From NCBI GenBank assembly GCA_043228905.1, contig JBHGNT010000016.1, positions 9,114,001 through 9,178,000 of the forward strand: 64,000 bases of DNA, read 5' to 3'. Position numbers and translations under genes: made by a program. Positions within the stretch are counted from its first letter, which is position 1. Each line of letters opens with the position of its first letter. Below are positions 1 to 13,597 of the stretch, one piece after another. The notes under the pieces are model-generated. The model searched no databases. It was not told the origin of the DNA and saw only the letters and a program-made list of their open reading frames with translations. Source of the stretch: Azolla caroliniana (Eukaryota > Plantae > Polypodiophyta).

Positions 1-1419
1 TAAAGATTTAGAAGACACAAGTGAATGAGAAGGAAGTTTGGAACATTGAATAAAATGTTTACAATTATTAAGTTCAAATGTGATTGAGTGATTAACCCAA
101 TCAATGGACAAAGAAGGGTTTTTATTAAAAAACCAAGGATATCCTAAAATGACATCTGCGGATTGTAATTTCATAACATGAAAGTCAAGCTTCTCCAAAT
201 AAGTATCTATTTGAATTGGCAGTTGACAAACAATGCCACTGATGTATTGAACGTTTCCATTTGCCATGTGAACTTGATAGATATGATCACTTGCGTTTAT
301 GTGGAGCTCCATTTGCTGCACAAAGTGATCATTAAGAAAATTGTGAGAACTACCGGAATCAAACAAAAAATGTGCTTGTGTTCCATTGATATATCCGACT
401 GCTCGGAGTAAATCATTAGGTCCCAGTAAATGTGAAGGAAAAGTGCATTCACATAAACTTAAGTGATTGGTATGAACTTCAACAATATCAAAAGACTCAC
501 CTGTGTGACTCGTAGATTTGTCTTGAGGAGGGGTGTTCATTGACTTCCTCTCAAGACGACGACAGGTATCCTTTGTGTGGCCCCGTTTCTTGCAATATGC
601 ACAGAAGAGGTTCGGTTTCTTTGAGTCGCGGTCAAGAGTGTCACTGGATTGCTTACGTTTCCCAATGAACTTGACATTCGGAGTTTTGGCGAACTCAGGT
701 TTATTGTGGTCTTTCTTGGAAGTCCTATGGTATCGCAGCACAATGTTGATGGCTTCCTCGAAAGTTGTGGGGTCCTTGTCATGGACAATCCAATGATAAT
801 CCCCATTGGGAATACCATTCAAAAAACAAGCGACAAACCATTTCTCACCCGTAAGTCCCGATTTTTGGATCTGGGTCCGAGCGTGATGCACATAATCCTC
901 GAGAGAGGTAAATGGCTTACTAGACAATGTGAGCAAGTGTTGCGCTTGTTCGGTTTGAGAAGGTGGCTGCAAGAATTGTTTCTTAAAAACATCAACGAAA
1001 CCTTCCCAAGTTGTGGGTAAGTTTTTTGCGGTCCTTAGGCCACGCCACCAAGCAGCAGCTCGGCCACCTAACTCACGACCGACATAACCAATTTTTACTG
1101 CATCGGGCTTGGGATGAAGCTCAAAGTGAGACTCCCAACGACCAAGCCAAGTGCTAATAGCCTCCTCGGTTCTTTCTTTCTTATCTCCCTTGAAAGGCGT
1201 GACTACGAAGGAAGGTTCACCTTCTTTCTTGGACTCAATAGTTAATTCTTGGAATTTCTTTTCCAATGCCATATTGGCCTGTCTCATTTCGGCCAATTGA
1301 TTCAAGGTAGTAGTGAGCAATTGCTCAATAGTGATCTCAGCTTGTGTGCGAGATGCGGATTGGGGTTGAGAGGTCTCATTTGGAGAGATCGTTCCAACTG
1401 CGTTCAAAACTTGTTCCAT
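1..1419 (-). CDS. gag-pol: Gag-protease polyprotein, partial, open to the window edge
   Basis: Manual translation from ATG at 1419 (MEQVLNAVG...) has no stop to position 1. Contains Gag motifs RAAAWW and PTTWEGF, zinc knuckle CAYCKKRGHTKDTC, protease FLFDSGSSHNF and VILGYPW. Absent from the ORF track, presumably because no stop lies in the window. Confidence 0.9.
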   Translation of the reverse strand, partial: MEQVLNAVGTISPNETSQPQSASRTQAEITIEQLLTTTLNQLAEMRQANMALEKKFQELTIESKKEGEPSFVVTPFKGDKKERTEEAISTWLGRWESHFELHPKPDAVKIGYVGRELGGRAAAWWRGLRTAKNLPTTWEGFVDVFKKQFLQPPSQTEQAQHLLTLSSKPFTSLEDYVHHARTQIQKSGLTGEKWFVACFLNGIPNGDYHWIVHDKDPTTFEEAINIVLRYHRTSKKDHNKPEFAKTPNVKFIGKRKQSSDTLDRDSKKPNLFCAYCKKRGHTKDTCRRLERKSMNTPPQDKSTSHTGESFDIVEVHTNHLSLCECTFPSHLLGPNDLLRAVGYINGTQAHFLFDSGSSHNFLNDHFVQQMELHINASDHIYQVHMANGNVQYISGIVCQLPIQIDTYLEKLDFHVMKLQSADVILGYPWFFNKNPSLSIDWVNHSITFELNNCKHFIQCSKLPSHSLVSSKSL

Positions 1420-2416
1420 GATGCACGCTGTGGGTATGCAATAAAATAAGGAGGTTCAGAAAATACACAAGCAAAATGAATGCTTGAAATTTTGATTGAA
1501 AGAACTTTATCCAAGAAAGTATCTCATGTCTTTACCCCTCTAGACATATGAGATGTGATTCGAGATCCGATAACTATGGTAACACTATGGTGTTTTAAAA
1601 ACCATGGGGGAAAACATAGCTAAGATGTATTTCTCGGATCTCTATCTTGAGTAATCATGGCGGCTCCCCGAGGCTCAACCATGGTTCTTACATCAATGAA
1701 ATTTCCTAGATAGCCTTATATTAATGCCAACCCATCATGTATTATATAGTCGAGAAAGTGTATTACGTGAAAAAACAAGTGCACTCACAAGTAATATTCT
1801 AGTCTTGCGAGCAATAAGCAAACGTGATGATAAAATGATAAAATAAGGCACTACTCATAAGAGTTAAGTAGTGACGAAAACAAGGGTAAAAAAAAAAGAA
1901 CCCATGTGTTACCTACGAAAAAAACAATGTCACAAATAAATGGGAAGTGCAAGGTATGCACATATACATCCCAATATGATTGTTATAACTTGCACAATTG
2001 TGACATAAGCCACAAATTGATACAAGTGATGACGGTGTTGTGCGCAAAGATGTAATACTCAATCCATGAGTAAAACATCAATAAGGGAACTCATATGGTT
2101 TTACTCGTTTTCTAAGGCTTGATGATAAGAGTTAAACCTAGATGACCCGTTGAAAAAAAAATCGTTCAACAAGCCACTCCATACGAAAAATTAGTCTACA
2201 CGTAAAGGTTACATTAAAATAAACGATGTAAATACTTTATACATGAAAAGGAAGTGGAAAAAGGAGAGTTAATTGTGGGCGGGTAAATAATAATTACTAG
2301 AAAATCATATAAGTGAAACAATACTTATGAAATTAAAATTTAATTAGAATAATCAACAATTAGGTGTATGGAATCAAACATGCCCTAAGATACGAAACCC
2401 TAGGGTAGTTGACATG

Positions 2417-2740
2417 CACCTCCTCAAGACCACCACATATCCCTAGAATCGGCCAAGTAATGGCTAATTAAAGTGGAAAGTGGCATAGGTAAGTGACATA
2501 TACCTCGTCAAGGCCACATCATCCCTTAGAATCGGCCAATTGATGGCTAATTAAAAAGGAAAGTGGCATATGTAAGCTACATATACCTTGTCAAGGCCAC
2601 AACATCCCATAGAATCGGCCAATTGATGGCTTAATAGAGAGTAGAGTGGCATAGGTAGGCAACATACACCTCGTCAAGGCCACATCATCCCTTAGAATCG
2701 GCCAAGTGATGGCTCGATAGAGGGGAAGAGTGGTATACTC
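2417..2740. repeat. Tandem repeat, about 83 bp x4, in the Gypsy 5' leader
   Basis: AGAATCGGCC recurs at 2445, 2528, 2611 and 2694; followed by two roughly 119-bp units at about 2728-2926. Confidence 0.9.
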
Positions 2741-3159
2741 AACATCATATGCAAAACGGCCATGAGATAAGCGTGTGCGATTAGAGCAAACACGCTCGAC
2801 CCAATGCACAAGAATAATTATTATCGTAAGAGTTCAAGAGAGGAGAGAGTGGGATATATATCGCAATATACAAAAGGCCATGAGTTGAGCGTGTGCAATT
2901 AGTGCAAACACGCTCGGCCCGATGCATAATAATAAGTAAAATCGTAGCGTAGTAGGAGGTAGAAAGAAATAGAATAAAACGTAATACCAATTTGATTCGA
3001 CCATAAAGAACGCATAATAGAAAAAGAGAAGAGATCAAAAAAGAAGAATACCGGGTTTAGAGTGTTGTTTTGATCCTGGGAAGGGCATGACGAGCCTTGT
3101 TAGATCCCCCTCGCTCACACGCAAAAAACATCAAAACAACAAAAAAATTGTTAGTAAAA

Positions 3160-3171
3160 GCTCTGATACCA
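3160..3171 (-). promoter_or_regulatory. Primer binding site, tRNA-iMet
   Basis: TGGTATCAGAGC on the minus strand, 1 nt from the LTR end. Confidence 0.92.
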
Positions 3172-3653
3172 CTGTTAAGAGTCTATTACTAATCAATAGA
3201 CCAAATCAAGTAAAAAGGAAGAAAATAGATTGGATAGAAGAACCCGTTCCACCCGACCACCCCCGAGCTATGATCTAGACATAGCCAACCTACCACCGAC
3301 GTCCCATACCGCCGGATATTAGGATGACTAATACCTTGGAAGAGATAAACACGATCGTCGAGACGAAAGCCTAGCCCGCACCACCGGTGTCTACGACAGC
3401 AGCCTTCCGACGTGATGATCCTTATGAGGGTAGCTAAGCCTCATATTTATACCTTTTCCTAGGCCCCTTGAATAGACGTGCCTTTCTAAAAGGCTCTCTA
3501 TTCATTGGTTGTCTAAATCATGATAGTGCATGCACATATCATTCATTCTATCCAATCATTAGTCCCCTTTTTAATAATAGTGAACATACCCTTCACTAAT
3601 GTAAATATTAGTGACCTACCCTCACCAACGTTATGTGTACATAACAGGCTCGA

Positions 3654-4932
3654 TGTCGTGAAGATTTTCGGCAACGGTGAGAAGATCACGTAAAAAGGAA
3701 AAACAGAAAGGGGTGTACTTTCGCACTTCTCTCACTATTTTCTTCTCAGTGAGTTATCCCACAGATATATATGTAGCTAACATGACTCTCTCTATATAAA
3801 GACTCACTTGTCTCACACATATATATGACTATGTATAAATATATATGTGTGTGTATTTGTCTGAACTTTTGTTCGGTTGACAATTCAATTGAATCCTATT
3901 TCGACTTTTCGGTCGATTTCGGCAGCCGACTCCCGTTTCGGCTTTTCGGTCGATTTCGGCAGTTGATTCTTGTTTCGCCTTTTTGGACGATTTTGGCCAA
4001 CTGACTCTCATTTCGGTTTTCTCGGTTGATTTCGGCCAATGGACTCTCATTTCAGCTTTTTGACCGACTTCCCCCACAAGGAGGGACAACCTTACAGAAC
4101 AAACACAATTGACTTACCACAAAGCCAAGTCATTTCTTAAAAAAGTTGTATTTTCATCATTATACTTTTTCATATGTCAATTCTCATACATGAGATCTTG
4201 CATGAGTGACATGGTTATCATGCATCACATGTAAAGCATGAGCACCAAATGGCAACCATGCATCACATGCATTGTATGCATGTGTTGCATCCTCACATGC
4301 ATCATATGGATGGGAGCATCTATAAAAGAGTGGAGAGGAAAAAAAGAAGGAAACGGGGGAAGGAATCAATCAATTGATCAAGAAGCTATGTACTGAATCA
4401 AGAAATTAATAACAAGAAATCTAATTATCTTTTTGGTGATGTATCTTGTCTCTTAAAATTGAAATCTCTTTCTCAATCTCTCTCTCAATCTGTCTCATAA
4501 TTGGAATCTCCTAAATAATTGGAATCTCCGTCTCTATCTTAAAGCATGAGCGCCAAATGGCAACCATGCATCACATGCATTGTATGCATGTCTTGCATCC
4601 TCACATGCATCATATGGATGGGAGCATCTATAAAAGAGTGGAGAGGAAAAAAAGAAGGAAACGGGGGAAGGAATCAATCAATTGATCAAGAAGCTATGTA
4701 CTGAATCAAGAAATTAATAACAAGAAATCTAATTATCTTTTTGGTGACGTATCTTGTCTCTTAAAATTGAAATCTCTTTCTCAATCTCTCTCTCAATCTG
4801 TCTCATAATTGGAATCTCCGTCTCTATCTTAAATACTTTCTTGCTAAAGCTAGTACAACCTTTGAATCCTTCTAGTCCAGGACCCCGGTGGTCCCTCTTC
4901 ATTTTCGCGAACACGAGAGGATTTCCTTGACA
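3654..4932 (+). mobile_element. Solo LTR of the TGTCGTGAAG Gypsy clade
   Basis: Starts TGTCGTGAAGATTTTCGGCAA like the LTRs at 46189 and (reversed) 53925 and 60044; ends ..CTTGACA; flanks TCGA and ACGT do not form a clean TSD. Confidence 0.75.
4233..4830. repeat. Near-perfect tandem duplication of about 300 bp including the LTR TATA box
   Basis: AAAGCATGAG..TCTCTATCTT at 4233-4540 and again at 4541-4830. Confidence 0.92.
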
Positions 4933-4936
4933 ACGT

Positions 4937-6755
4937 TGTAATGAGATCTTCTTGTATCTTGAGTGTTGTAGAGAGAGAGTTACATAGAAATAAAGAACTT
5001 CTATTGTAACTCGAATCTGTGTCGATCTACTATTTTCCTCCTTGTTGCATATCTGTGTTGTTTGCTACATACATATACTTGGAGGTCCTCATACTTCCTC
5101 GCATCTATCAGAACACCTTTTTGTTCAGCTGGTGTCAGAGCGACTCGCTATTCAGCAACAACAAAAAGACTGAGAGAAGAGGAACCCTACAACTGAAAGA
5201 AAACACCAGGTCAATAAATCTCACTTCTAAAGAACATGGCTTCAACATCTGGAATAGGAGTTGAAATCCAAAAGTTCGACGGCAAAAACTTTGTCTTGTG
5301 GAAGGAGATGATGCAAGATGTGTTGATCATTAGAAGATAGGTTGCAGCCATTCGACATAGCAAAAAACCTGGTTCAATGTCAGTTGAAGAGTGGAGATCA
5401 ATAGACGAAATCATACGCTCCACCATTCGAATGCACCTGGCCAAAAACGTCTACTTTAGTATGGCCAAAGAGACGACAACATTCTTGTTGTGGGAGTAAC
5501 TACAGGCTGTGTATAAGAAGATGTCCTCATCTTCAAAACTGATATTGATCTGACAACTATTCAACATGAAGATGAGAGAGACTGATCAAGCAATCTCCCA
5601 CATCAACACCTTCAACCGGGTGTTGTTTGAACTCTCCTCCCAAGGGATCAACTTCCAAGAAGAAGTGAAAGCCCTTGCTCTCCTATCGAGCTTGTTGGCG
5701 CATTGGAAGGTATTCTACACGACTTTTGCCAACAACAGCCCTAGGCTAAACTTGGAGGAAACTATCAGCCAAATCCTCACGGAGGATATTTGGTGAAAAT
5801 CGATGGGACACACCATCGATGAGTCAGCAAAAGCCCATCACTCAACTGAGTCGATCAACGGATCCAATCGATCGAGAGAACAAGCCAATAGATCCGGTCG
5901 AAACACTAGTCGATCAAAAAAGAGGGGAGACTGACAACGGTCGAAGTCGAGAAATAACCGACTAGGTGATTTCTACATTCATTGTAGAAAAGCCGGTCAC
6001 AACTTTTTCGACTGCTGGTCAGCGATTCAAGCGGAACCAAGGACGATCTGACTCAAACCGCTCTTCAGTCGGCAACCAAATCAATGTTGCCGACTCCCAA
6101 TCAGGAGAAATCCTCTCTCTAGAGGACTCGATGATTGGAGAAGTCCTCTACAGTGCACAAGTCACACACACATGGTTACTAGTCTCCGGTGCCACATTTC
6201 ATGTAACCCCAAACATTGAATGGTTTTTGAACTATTTGGCCGATGCCAGTGTCATCGTCCGACTTGGCAATGGGCAAGAGTGCATACTTGCTGAGATCGA
6301 AGAGGTCCCCATTCGATTGCCGAATGGCAACATGATCACCTTGCAACAAGTTTGGCATGTACCCGATCTAAAAAGGAGTATGGTCCCCATCCGCATGTTA
6401 GCCAAAGACGGACACCGAACGACTCTCAATGAGTCGACATGGATGATCAACCAAGGAAATCTGAAGATCGGAAGCAAACACAAGTACAACAACTTATATC
6501 CAATTATAGCAATCAATCCAGAAGGGGTCGTGAATGTAGCCGAATTGACCGACCCGAACTCATGGCATGGCCGACTTGGTCATATGTCGCAAGCCGGATT
6601 GGACCGACTAATGGCGGTTGGCTACATTCCGAAACTCATGGCAAAGACAGACTTCTATGAGCATTGTTGATACGGGAAGTAGACCCGAAGTCCGCACTCT
6701 TTCCATTATGAGATGCTACAACAACCCCTAGAACTGATCCATACTGATGACATAT
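4937..6755 (+). mobile_element. Copia element A, 5' part (LTR remnant, PBS, gag, PR, start of integrase), degenerate
   Basis: PBS TGGTGTCAGAGC at 5130-5141; MASTSGIGVEIQKFDGKNF from 5236; protease-like WLLVSGATFH; GAG-pre-integrase WHGRLGHMS; ends at LELIHTDDI; in-frame stops. Confidence 0.88.
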
Positions 6756-7826
6756 TGAAGGGATTCGATCACAGATCTGTGAGAAAGATTAATTGCGAAA
6801 TACACAATAATGTGGAAAAAATTGGAAAAAAGCAAATGCATAATACACAATATTTAACGTGGAAACCCTAAACGGGGAAAACCATGGGAGAACAAATATT
6901 CCACTATACACAGAGAATACAAAGAACAACTACAACTCTTCTCTGATGCTTAGTGGATAACCACTTAGGTTTCTTGGTAGGTTCACTAAACTCTACCGCT
7001 GCTCTTTCACTCTCTTTTCTTCACACTACAACACAACTATAGAAACTCTAAAATCTGCATCTACTATTCTACACCTCTATTTTCCCTAAGTGTATTTATA
7101 CTTATACAAAGTATGGGCTATTTACAAATGTAGCCATTGCTACTATCATTCCAATTATTGTAGTAATAGTTAATCAGCCGACTGGTCGGCTAGTCAATTC
7201 GACTAGCCAACTCTTATGTCGACTGTCCAGTCGGTCTGACTAGTCGGCATTGTCGTCGACCATCTGGTTGACCCGACTAGTCGGGGACTAGTCGGTCGTG
7301 GCTACAAATTGGATCACGTATATGTTGTCGACTCTCCAAGTGGACTCTTTGTCATCGACTATCGGCCCTCAGCCCGACAAGTCAGTTGTTCCTTGTCTTC
7401 GACTGTCGGCTCTTCCCATAGGAGGGACATATTGCTAACAAACTCCCCCTTCACTCCTATGGGTGGAGTCGGTTAGTCCTGTCTTCTATCGACAGACTCT
7501 GAGTTTTTCCATCGGTAGGTTCTTTGTCAGCATGTCGGATCCATTTTCGTCAGTATGGATCTTCACAAGGGGTAAACTTCCTGTCATCCACCTTTTCCTG
7601 CAACAAGTAATACCTCATGTGTATGTGCTTGGCCCGGGAGTGGTACGCAACATTCTTGGCTAGATGTAAGGCATTTTGGCTGTCACAATGAAGCAAGAAC
7701 TCCCTTTGCTTCATTCCTAACTCACTGAGAAAATTTCTCATCCAAATAAGCTCTTTGCTAGCCTCTACCGCTGCCATATACTCTACCTCTTTGGTCGACA
7801 AGGTCACAGACTTCTGCAGTTGTGAC

Positions 7827-8347
7827 TATCACGACACAATGACATAAAATATATAGTTGGTGAGGATTGAACCTACAATCTCACAACAACAAGATATCAT
7901 GCTCAACCATTTTAATATGAGCATGCATTTATACATAACCGTTTAGTATTTTGTAGTCTAGCATATAATACATTTCAGAATCAGAATATTCTAGTCATTA
8001 GTATATTCTAGAAATATTGTACGGTATATTCTAGAGATATTTCTCGAGTATATTCTAGAGATATTCAATCTTGGAACTTGTATAAATACTTGTAACCTCC
8101 TTGGTCCCTTTCAAGGGATTGAACGCCAGTCACTGACACACCAATCTAGTATTTCTCATTCTTTCCATCTTGTCTCCTTCTTCATCTCTGTCTTCATGCT
8201 CTCCATAGCTTCCTAAGTTCATAGTCTCATCACTCATAGCTTCTAGAGTTCCTAGCCTCGTCACTTCCAGTCCACATTTGTAGCCTTATCGATCATAGCC
8301 TCACGATCCATGCTCTGTCGTAGTCCGCAGTTGGTGTGTCCATGACA
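7827..8347 (+). mobile_element. Solo LTR, 521 bp, with 5-bp TSD GTGAC
   Basis: T(A)TCACG..CATGACA termini; GTGAC at 7822-7826 and 8348-8352; host frame GAMSWQSQLQK is restored on removal. Confidence 0.88.
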
Positions 8348-9466
8348 GTGACTGCCACGACATTGCTCCCCTTGCATATGTCATCACGTTCCCTGAAGTG
8401 GATCGAGTTGAGTTTACATCCCCTGACATGTCCGAGTCAATAAACCCTTCAAGCAAAGGTTTTCCAACACCATACCTAAGACACACCCTCGAGGTGCCTT
8501 CCAAGTACCTAGCAATGGGCACGGTTTCGGCTCAAACCGAATCGAACTGAACCGAACCGTTAAACCGTAGCTTAACGGTTTATCGGTTCAAAATTAAATA
8601 ATGAGTTTGGTTTGGTTTAAGGAATGTAAGTTCAGTTTGGTTTCGGTTCAGTTTGGTTTAGGGTTTATCGGTTTTATCGGTTTACCGGTTTCTATTAATT
8701 TGGTTTGGTTTATAGGTTCTTACCCTACCCCTAAAATTTCAATTTTATACCCTTCCTATTTTTACTATGGGCATTGGGCATTGGGTAGTAGACTAGTAGT
8801 AAGTACAAACTACAGTGGGTAACTGAGTAGTGAGTACTAAGTAGGTTGTATTTACATACTACTATCGAATGGACGAGATTCAGGAGGTGCAGGCGGCACT
8901 GTGCAGGCTGAGGCGGCAACGACTAATCACCACTTCACTACTCTTCAGACTCTAGAGTGCAGACTTCTAAGTTCTAATCGTTTTCTTTTCTCCACTCCTC
9001 AATTATCCATACTTCAGTTCTCTTGTTGTTGTTATTGCGGCCTATAACACAGGTATGATTCATGAATCAAACAGAACTTTTGCTAGCATCCATGATCCAA
9101 GAAGAAGATTGCTTCATCCTTACCAATTTGTAATGCATCCTTTTGTGACTGTAACTTTTATTGATGTCCCATTCGATTTACATCCATACCATGTATATTT
9201 TTAGGGGAAAATCTTTATGCTCACAATCGTTTATTGATGAGATATGTAGATAAGGTATTTGTTTATTCTAAGAGGGATAATTATGAGACCCAATCTCTTT
9301 ACTTACAACTCATTATCGTAAGGCACTTAGATTGTTTGTATCATAACATATAACCACCAAAGCCATTATTTTTCGATACATAAAATTTGTCCTACCTTAT
9401 GGTACATCTAATGAGTTAATATCCACACATACTTGATCATGACCCCCATTCTATCTCAACAACTTT

Positions 9467-9808
9467 GAAGATTGTACGACATGAGCTCATTCATTTTGTG
9501 AAGAGTCCATTCTGTAGAGGAAAGAATGCAAACTTCCCTCACCCTGTGCCACATGGGGCAATCTCACATGTAAGAACTTGGAAGATTGTACAACACATTG
9601 AGCTCATTCATTTGTGAAGAGTTCATTCTTTTGTCTCTTTTTAGAGGAAAGAATGCAAGCTTCTCTAGCCCCTTGGGCCAATCTCATATGTAAGAAATTT
9701 AAGGATTGTATGACATGAGCACATTCATTTTGTGAAGAGTTCATTATTTTGGCTCTTTATAGAGGAATAATGCAAGCTTCCCTCACACCTTGGGGCAATC
9801 TCACATGT
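9467..9808. repeat. Tandem repeat, about 117 bp x3, inside the hAT
   Basis: GA(A/G)GATTGTA..GCAATCTCA(C/T)ATGT units start at 9467, 9581 and 9701. Confidence 0.85.
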
Positions 9809-10136
9809 TATTTGATTCATCTTTTTTGTGATATTGCATAACGATGGCCCCTCCTACATATGGTATATTATGACCAACCCTTGTCAAATGCATTTGATTG
9901 ATATACACAATTGATTTGAAACCAAGGTCTCTATTTCTGTTTACTACGAGCAAGCATGCAAGTGATATAGGTTGGATTTTGGCGGTCAACAGGCATCGAT
10001 GCGATAGCACCAATTTTCCCTGATCACAGGGAGCCATTGGATAGATAGTTATCCTGTCCATAGCTATCTTATAACGCTAACTAAACTAAGCTAAACTTAG
10101 ATGTTATGCAGCCTTATGTTAGGTGTAGAGAGAGAA

Positions 10137-10139
10137 ATA

Positions 10140-10186
<47 letters not shown>

Positions 10187-10304
10187 ATGTCTGTATATAT
10201 GTATATGTATATATGTATGTATATATGTATATGTATATGTATATATGTATGTATATATATGTATATGTATACAGTATATGTATATATATATATATAGATA
10301 TGTA
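10137..10304. repeat. (TATATG)n/(TA)n microsatellite
   Basis: Read directly from the sequence. Confidence 0.97.
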
Positions 10305-11488
10305 TAACAATATATGTATTATGTAAGTCTATAACAAACTTGGAGGCATAAAATGGTCCCCTCTTTTGAATCTCTTTTCGAGTCAAGAGGCCAATAGATC
10401 GATCGGCCCATTTAGGAGAAAAAACACGACTCTTTTTTGAGAGTGGGGTGAATCCTTGTTTTCCCCTTTAAGTTCATCCTTTTGGTTGTTCTGAAATCAA
10501 GCATAATCTGCCTCCTTGAGGATGTCTCTAGACTCTATACAAAGAATGCAATGCTGAGCATGCGAGAACTACAGATTTTCCACGGATGAAGTGATCAACC
10601 AAAGCATCATGTAGCACCTCTAGCCATGGTATTTTGTCATCGTTGGTCAAGGGAATGCCTCCCCTCATCTTCTATGTTGGAAAATATATTGATTTACCAA
10701 TCATTTGGTCATATGCATCAAGTTTAATTCGATTATGAAATTGAATTTAATCACAATACACTAGATCACTGAAACATAACCCAAAATGTGCATATCAATT
10801 GCAAATCATTTGATGTGATACTTGACTTCGGAGAAAGAAAGAGAGATTACATTAAAATCTCTAATGTCCATACTAGTATTCAACTTGTATGGAGCTTAGA
10901 CATTGACATTCCATTGAGTTTTCTGTTTTGATCTACCTAAATGTGATCATTGGAATTTGGAAAGATGATCAAATTATTTTTGGAGTAGGTTGTCAAAAGG
11001 CATGGTCATTAAAATTATAAGATAACTACATTGTAATGTAGGGATAACCAATCCATTTGATAATTGTTGTTAAATGATTGAGAAATAGATATTCACATTA
11101 GTTTGGCATTACCAAAATGAGAGGGATTATGAGAACATAAGATCGACACTAAGTGCATGTTCATTTCTTGACATGTAACTTTTACACAAATAGCGTTTAT
11201 ACTTAATAATTTCATAAAAGTTGACTCCCATACCTTCTAATGTGCTAATTGAAGTGTTTACATATCTTTCTTTCTCCGAAGTGTAACAATTTATCTTTTT
11301 ATGTTAACATGTCTTGCTTTCTTTGAAGTGTTTATAACAATTTGGAATTATGGTCTTGCTGAATGTTTGCCATTGGTCATAATGGTTGTTTTTCTGTTCT
11401 TAGCTAACTTAGCAAACTTTCTACTTCATTTATTTATCTCATTATCATGTATTTGAAATGTGCTAATTAAACTAATTGAATTTTATAG

Positions 11489-13597
11489 GAACACCATAAA
11501 AAGGAATCATCATCTCAAACTAATGTTGCAATGGACTCATCTTCAATTAATGTTAGTCGTGGGTCAACAAGTAGCTCAAGCAAAAGGCAATGGACATCAT
11601 GGACAGATGCTCACATCATATTTTATATGGATAATGGCACACCTCGATGATGATGCCATCATTGCCATGTTTGTTGGTCTTCTACAACATCCACAGGCAC
11701 TATAGCCAAGCATTTAGTAGAAAAGCATCGTTTATCAAGTGACCCAGACCAAAATTTAGGTATATCACAACACATTCAATCGTTAATTGAGTATGCTAAA
11801 GTATCTCATGTTTTAGCGAAGAAAATTGATGGTGTCATCATGAAGTATATTGTGAAGGGAACATTGCCCCATGTACATGTGGAATCACCTGAATTTAAGG
11901 AGTTAATACAACAAATTGTACCCGGATATCAAGTAAAGACAAAACGCACGATTAAGCGTTCCATCCTAGAAATGTATGTGGTGTTGCGCCATCAGGTGAT
12001 AGATTTGCTATCGAAATGCCAATCAAGATTTTCCATAACTTTTGATGGTTGGTCAAATAGTAGTCTGATGGGCTTCTACTCAGTGACACTTCATTGGGCA
12101 TGTCATGAGACAGCAAGCTCGAGGTCAATGTTATTGGATTTTGCGCATGTATTTCCAGGTGTTGGATCAAGGAAGCGTTGTGCACATGCTCTCTTTGTTT
12201 GACTTTGATCCTTTGATATTTCTAGTTGCCTCTTAGCTACAATTTTTGATGGAGCGAGTGATCCACAAGTAGCTGCAAAGGAGTTGAGCATGTTGTTACA
12301 AGATAAGCATGGTAAGGAAATTTTGGCTCCATCACATATGTTAAGATGTATGGTACACACTTTTCAGTTGGGTATCAAGGTAGCATTAGAGGTTATTTCA
12401 CCCTCAACAGAAAAGTTGAGAATAATGCTCCATACTATTAGATCTAGCAAGGTTCGAAGGGAAGCGTTTAAGAAGTATGCTAGGATGGTTGAACATCATG
12501 AAAGGGAACCCCCAAGGCTTGATGTTGTTAAAAGATGGAATTCTACCATGGAAATGTTTAGGTAAGCTATCAAGGATAGAGATGTATTGAATTTTACAAT
12601 TTTAGATTTAACAATATCAAGTGATTTCAATGGTTATGTCTTAACCGGAGAAGATTGGAGTCACATACATGCCATGGAGGAATGGCTAGATACACTGGCC
12701 GAGGTTTCTACTTTTCTGGGAGGGTCAAGATATCCCACATTATCACTAGCATCGCTAGCATATAATTGTTTACTAAATCATTGCAATCAATTTTTAGATT
12801 CTTCACTTCCAAGATTATCTAGATTCACCCAAGTGGTGCTTCAAAGAGCGTTTGAGAACTGCTTACAATATTTAATTAAGTATCAAGAATCGTTAAAGTC
12901 TATTCCATCTTGCATAACAATGTTTCTTGATCCTAGGTAATGCTTACTTTTATGTTGTACAATTGTAATCATGATTTTTGATTTGAGTTTAAAACCGTTT
13001 TATTTGTTTTATAGATTGCCTCTTCCAAATAATCATACAAAAAGAGAGTTAGATATTAAGTTGGTTGAAAGCATGATTGAGTCCCATTATCACTCGTTCA
13101 CGAGTGATGTTGAACCACGTTCGGCTTCAACCACAATACATAAAAATGATAAGAACTCTAAAATTTGGAGGTTAATGGGTGTAAATAATAAAAGTCTTGT
13201 TTCTGATTCATGGTAAGAAATTGAGCACTGTATGAGACTTCCTTCGGCTGGCACGGACAAGGATCCTTTACAATGGTGGAATGATAATAAATTTGCAATG
13301 CCTTCACTATATAGGATGGCATGTGATTACCTCACTATACCAGCATCATCAATACCTGCTGATGAGGCTAATTCAACAACAAAAATGACCTTTGATAACA
13401 GGATCAAACTACATTCATGCACTTTCAAAGCTGAAATGTGCATTCGATCAGGGATTGATGTTTTAAAAGAATGTAATGTTCAGTTGATAGATAATTTTCA
13501 CACCACTTATGCAGAACTAACAATGAATTTGGATGATCTTGTTGCTGAAGACGAGGTAATAGATTACATATTACTTGATAGTCAAAAGAAAATTAAG
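11489..13597 (+). pseudogene. hAT transposase, intron-containing, several nonsense changes
   Basis: BED-like CHHC..HLVEKH; SITFDGWS; CMVHTFQL; LDVVKRWNST; FLDPR; dimerisation domain DPLQWW..DYLTIPASS. GT-AG intron 12937-13014 keeps the frame; in-frame stops present. Confidence 0.9.

Larger units (their letters stand above)
1..3646 (-). mobile_element. Ty3/Gypsy LTR retrotransposon, 5' portion (LTR, iMet PBS, long leader, gag-PR), running off the window start
   Basis: LTR 3173-3646 (TGTTA..TAACA); GCTCTGATACCA at 3160-3171 is the reverse complement of an iMet PBS; open gag-protease frame downstream on the minus strand. Confidence 0.88.

Noticed and set aside
533-1020. Plus-strand ORFs in the ORF track
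   Set aside because: Antisense to the open minus-strand gag-protease frame
2417-2740. Regularly spaced repeats resembling CRISPR
   Set aside because: Whole 83-bp units are homologous, with no unique spacers
10101-10386. ORFs rich in Y/M/I/V/H
   Set aside because: Translations of the (TATATG)n microsatellite
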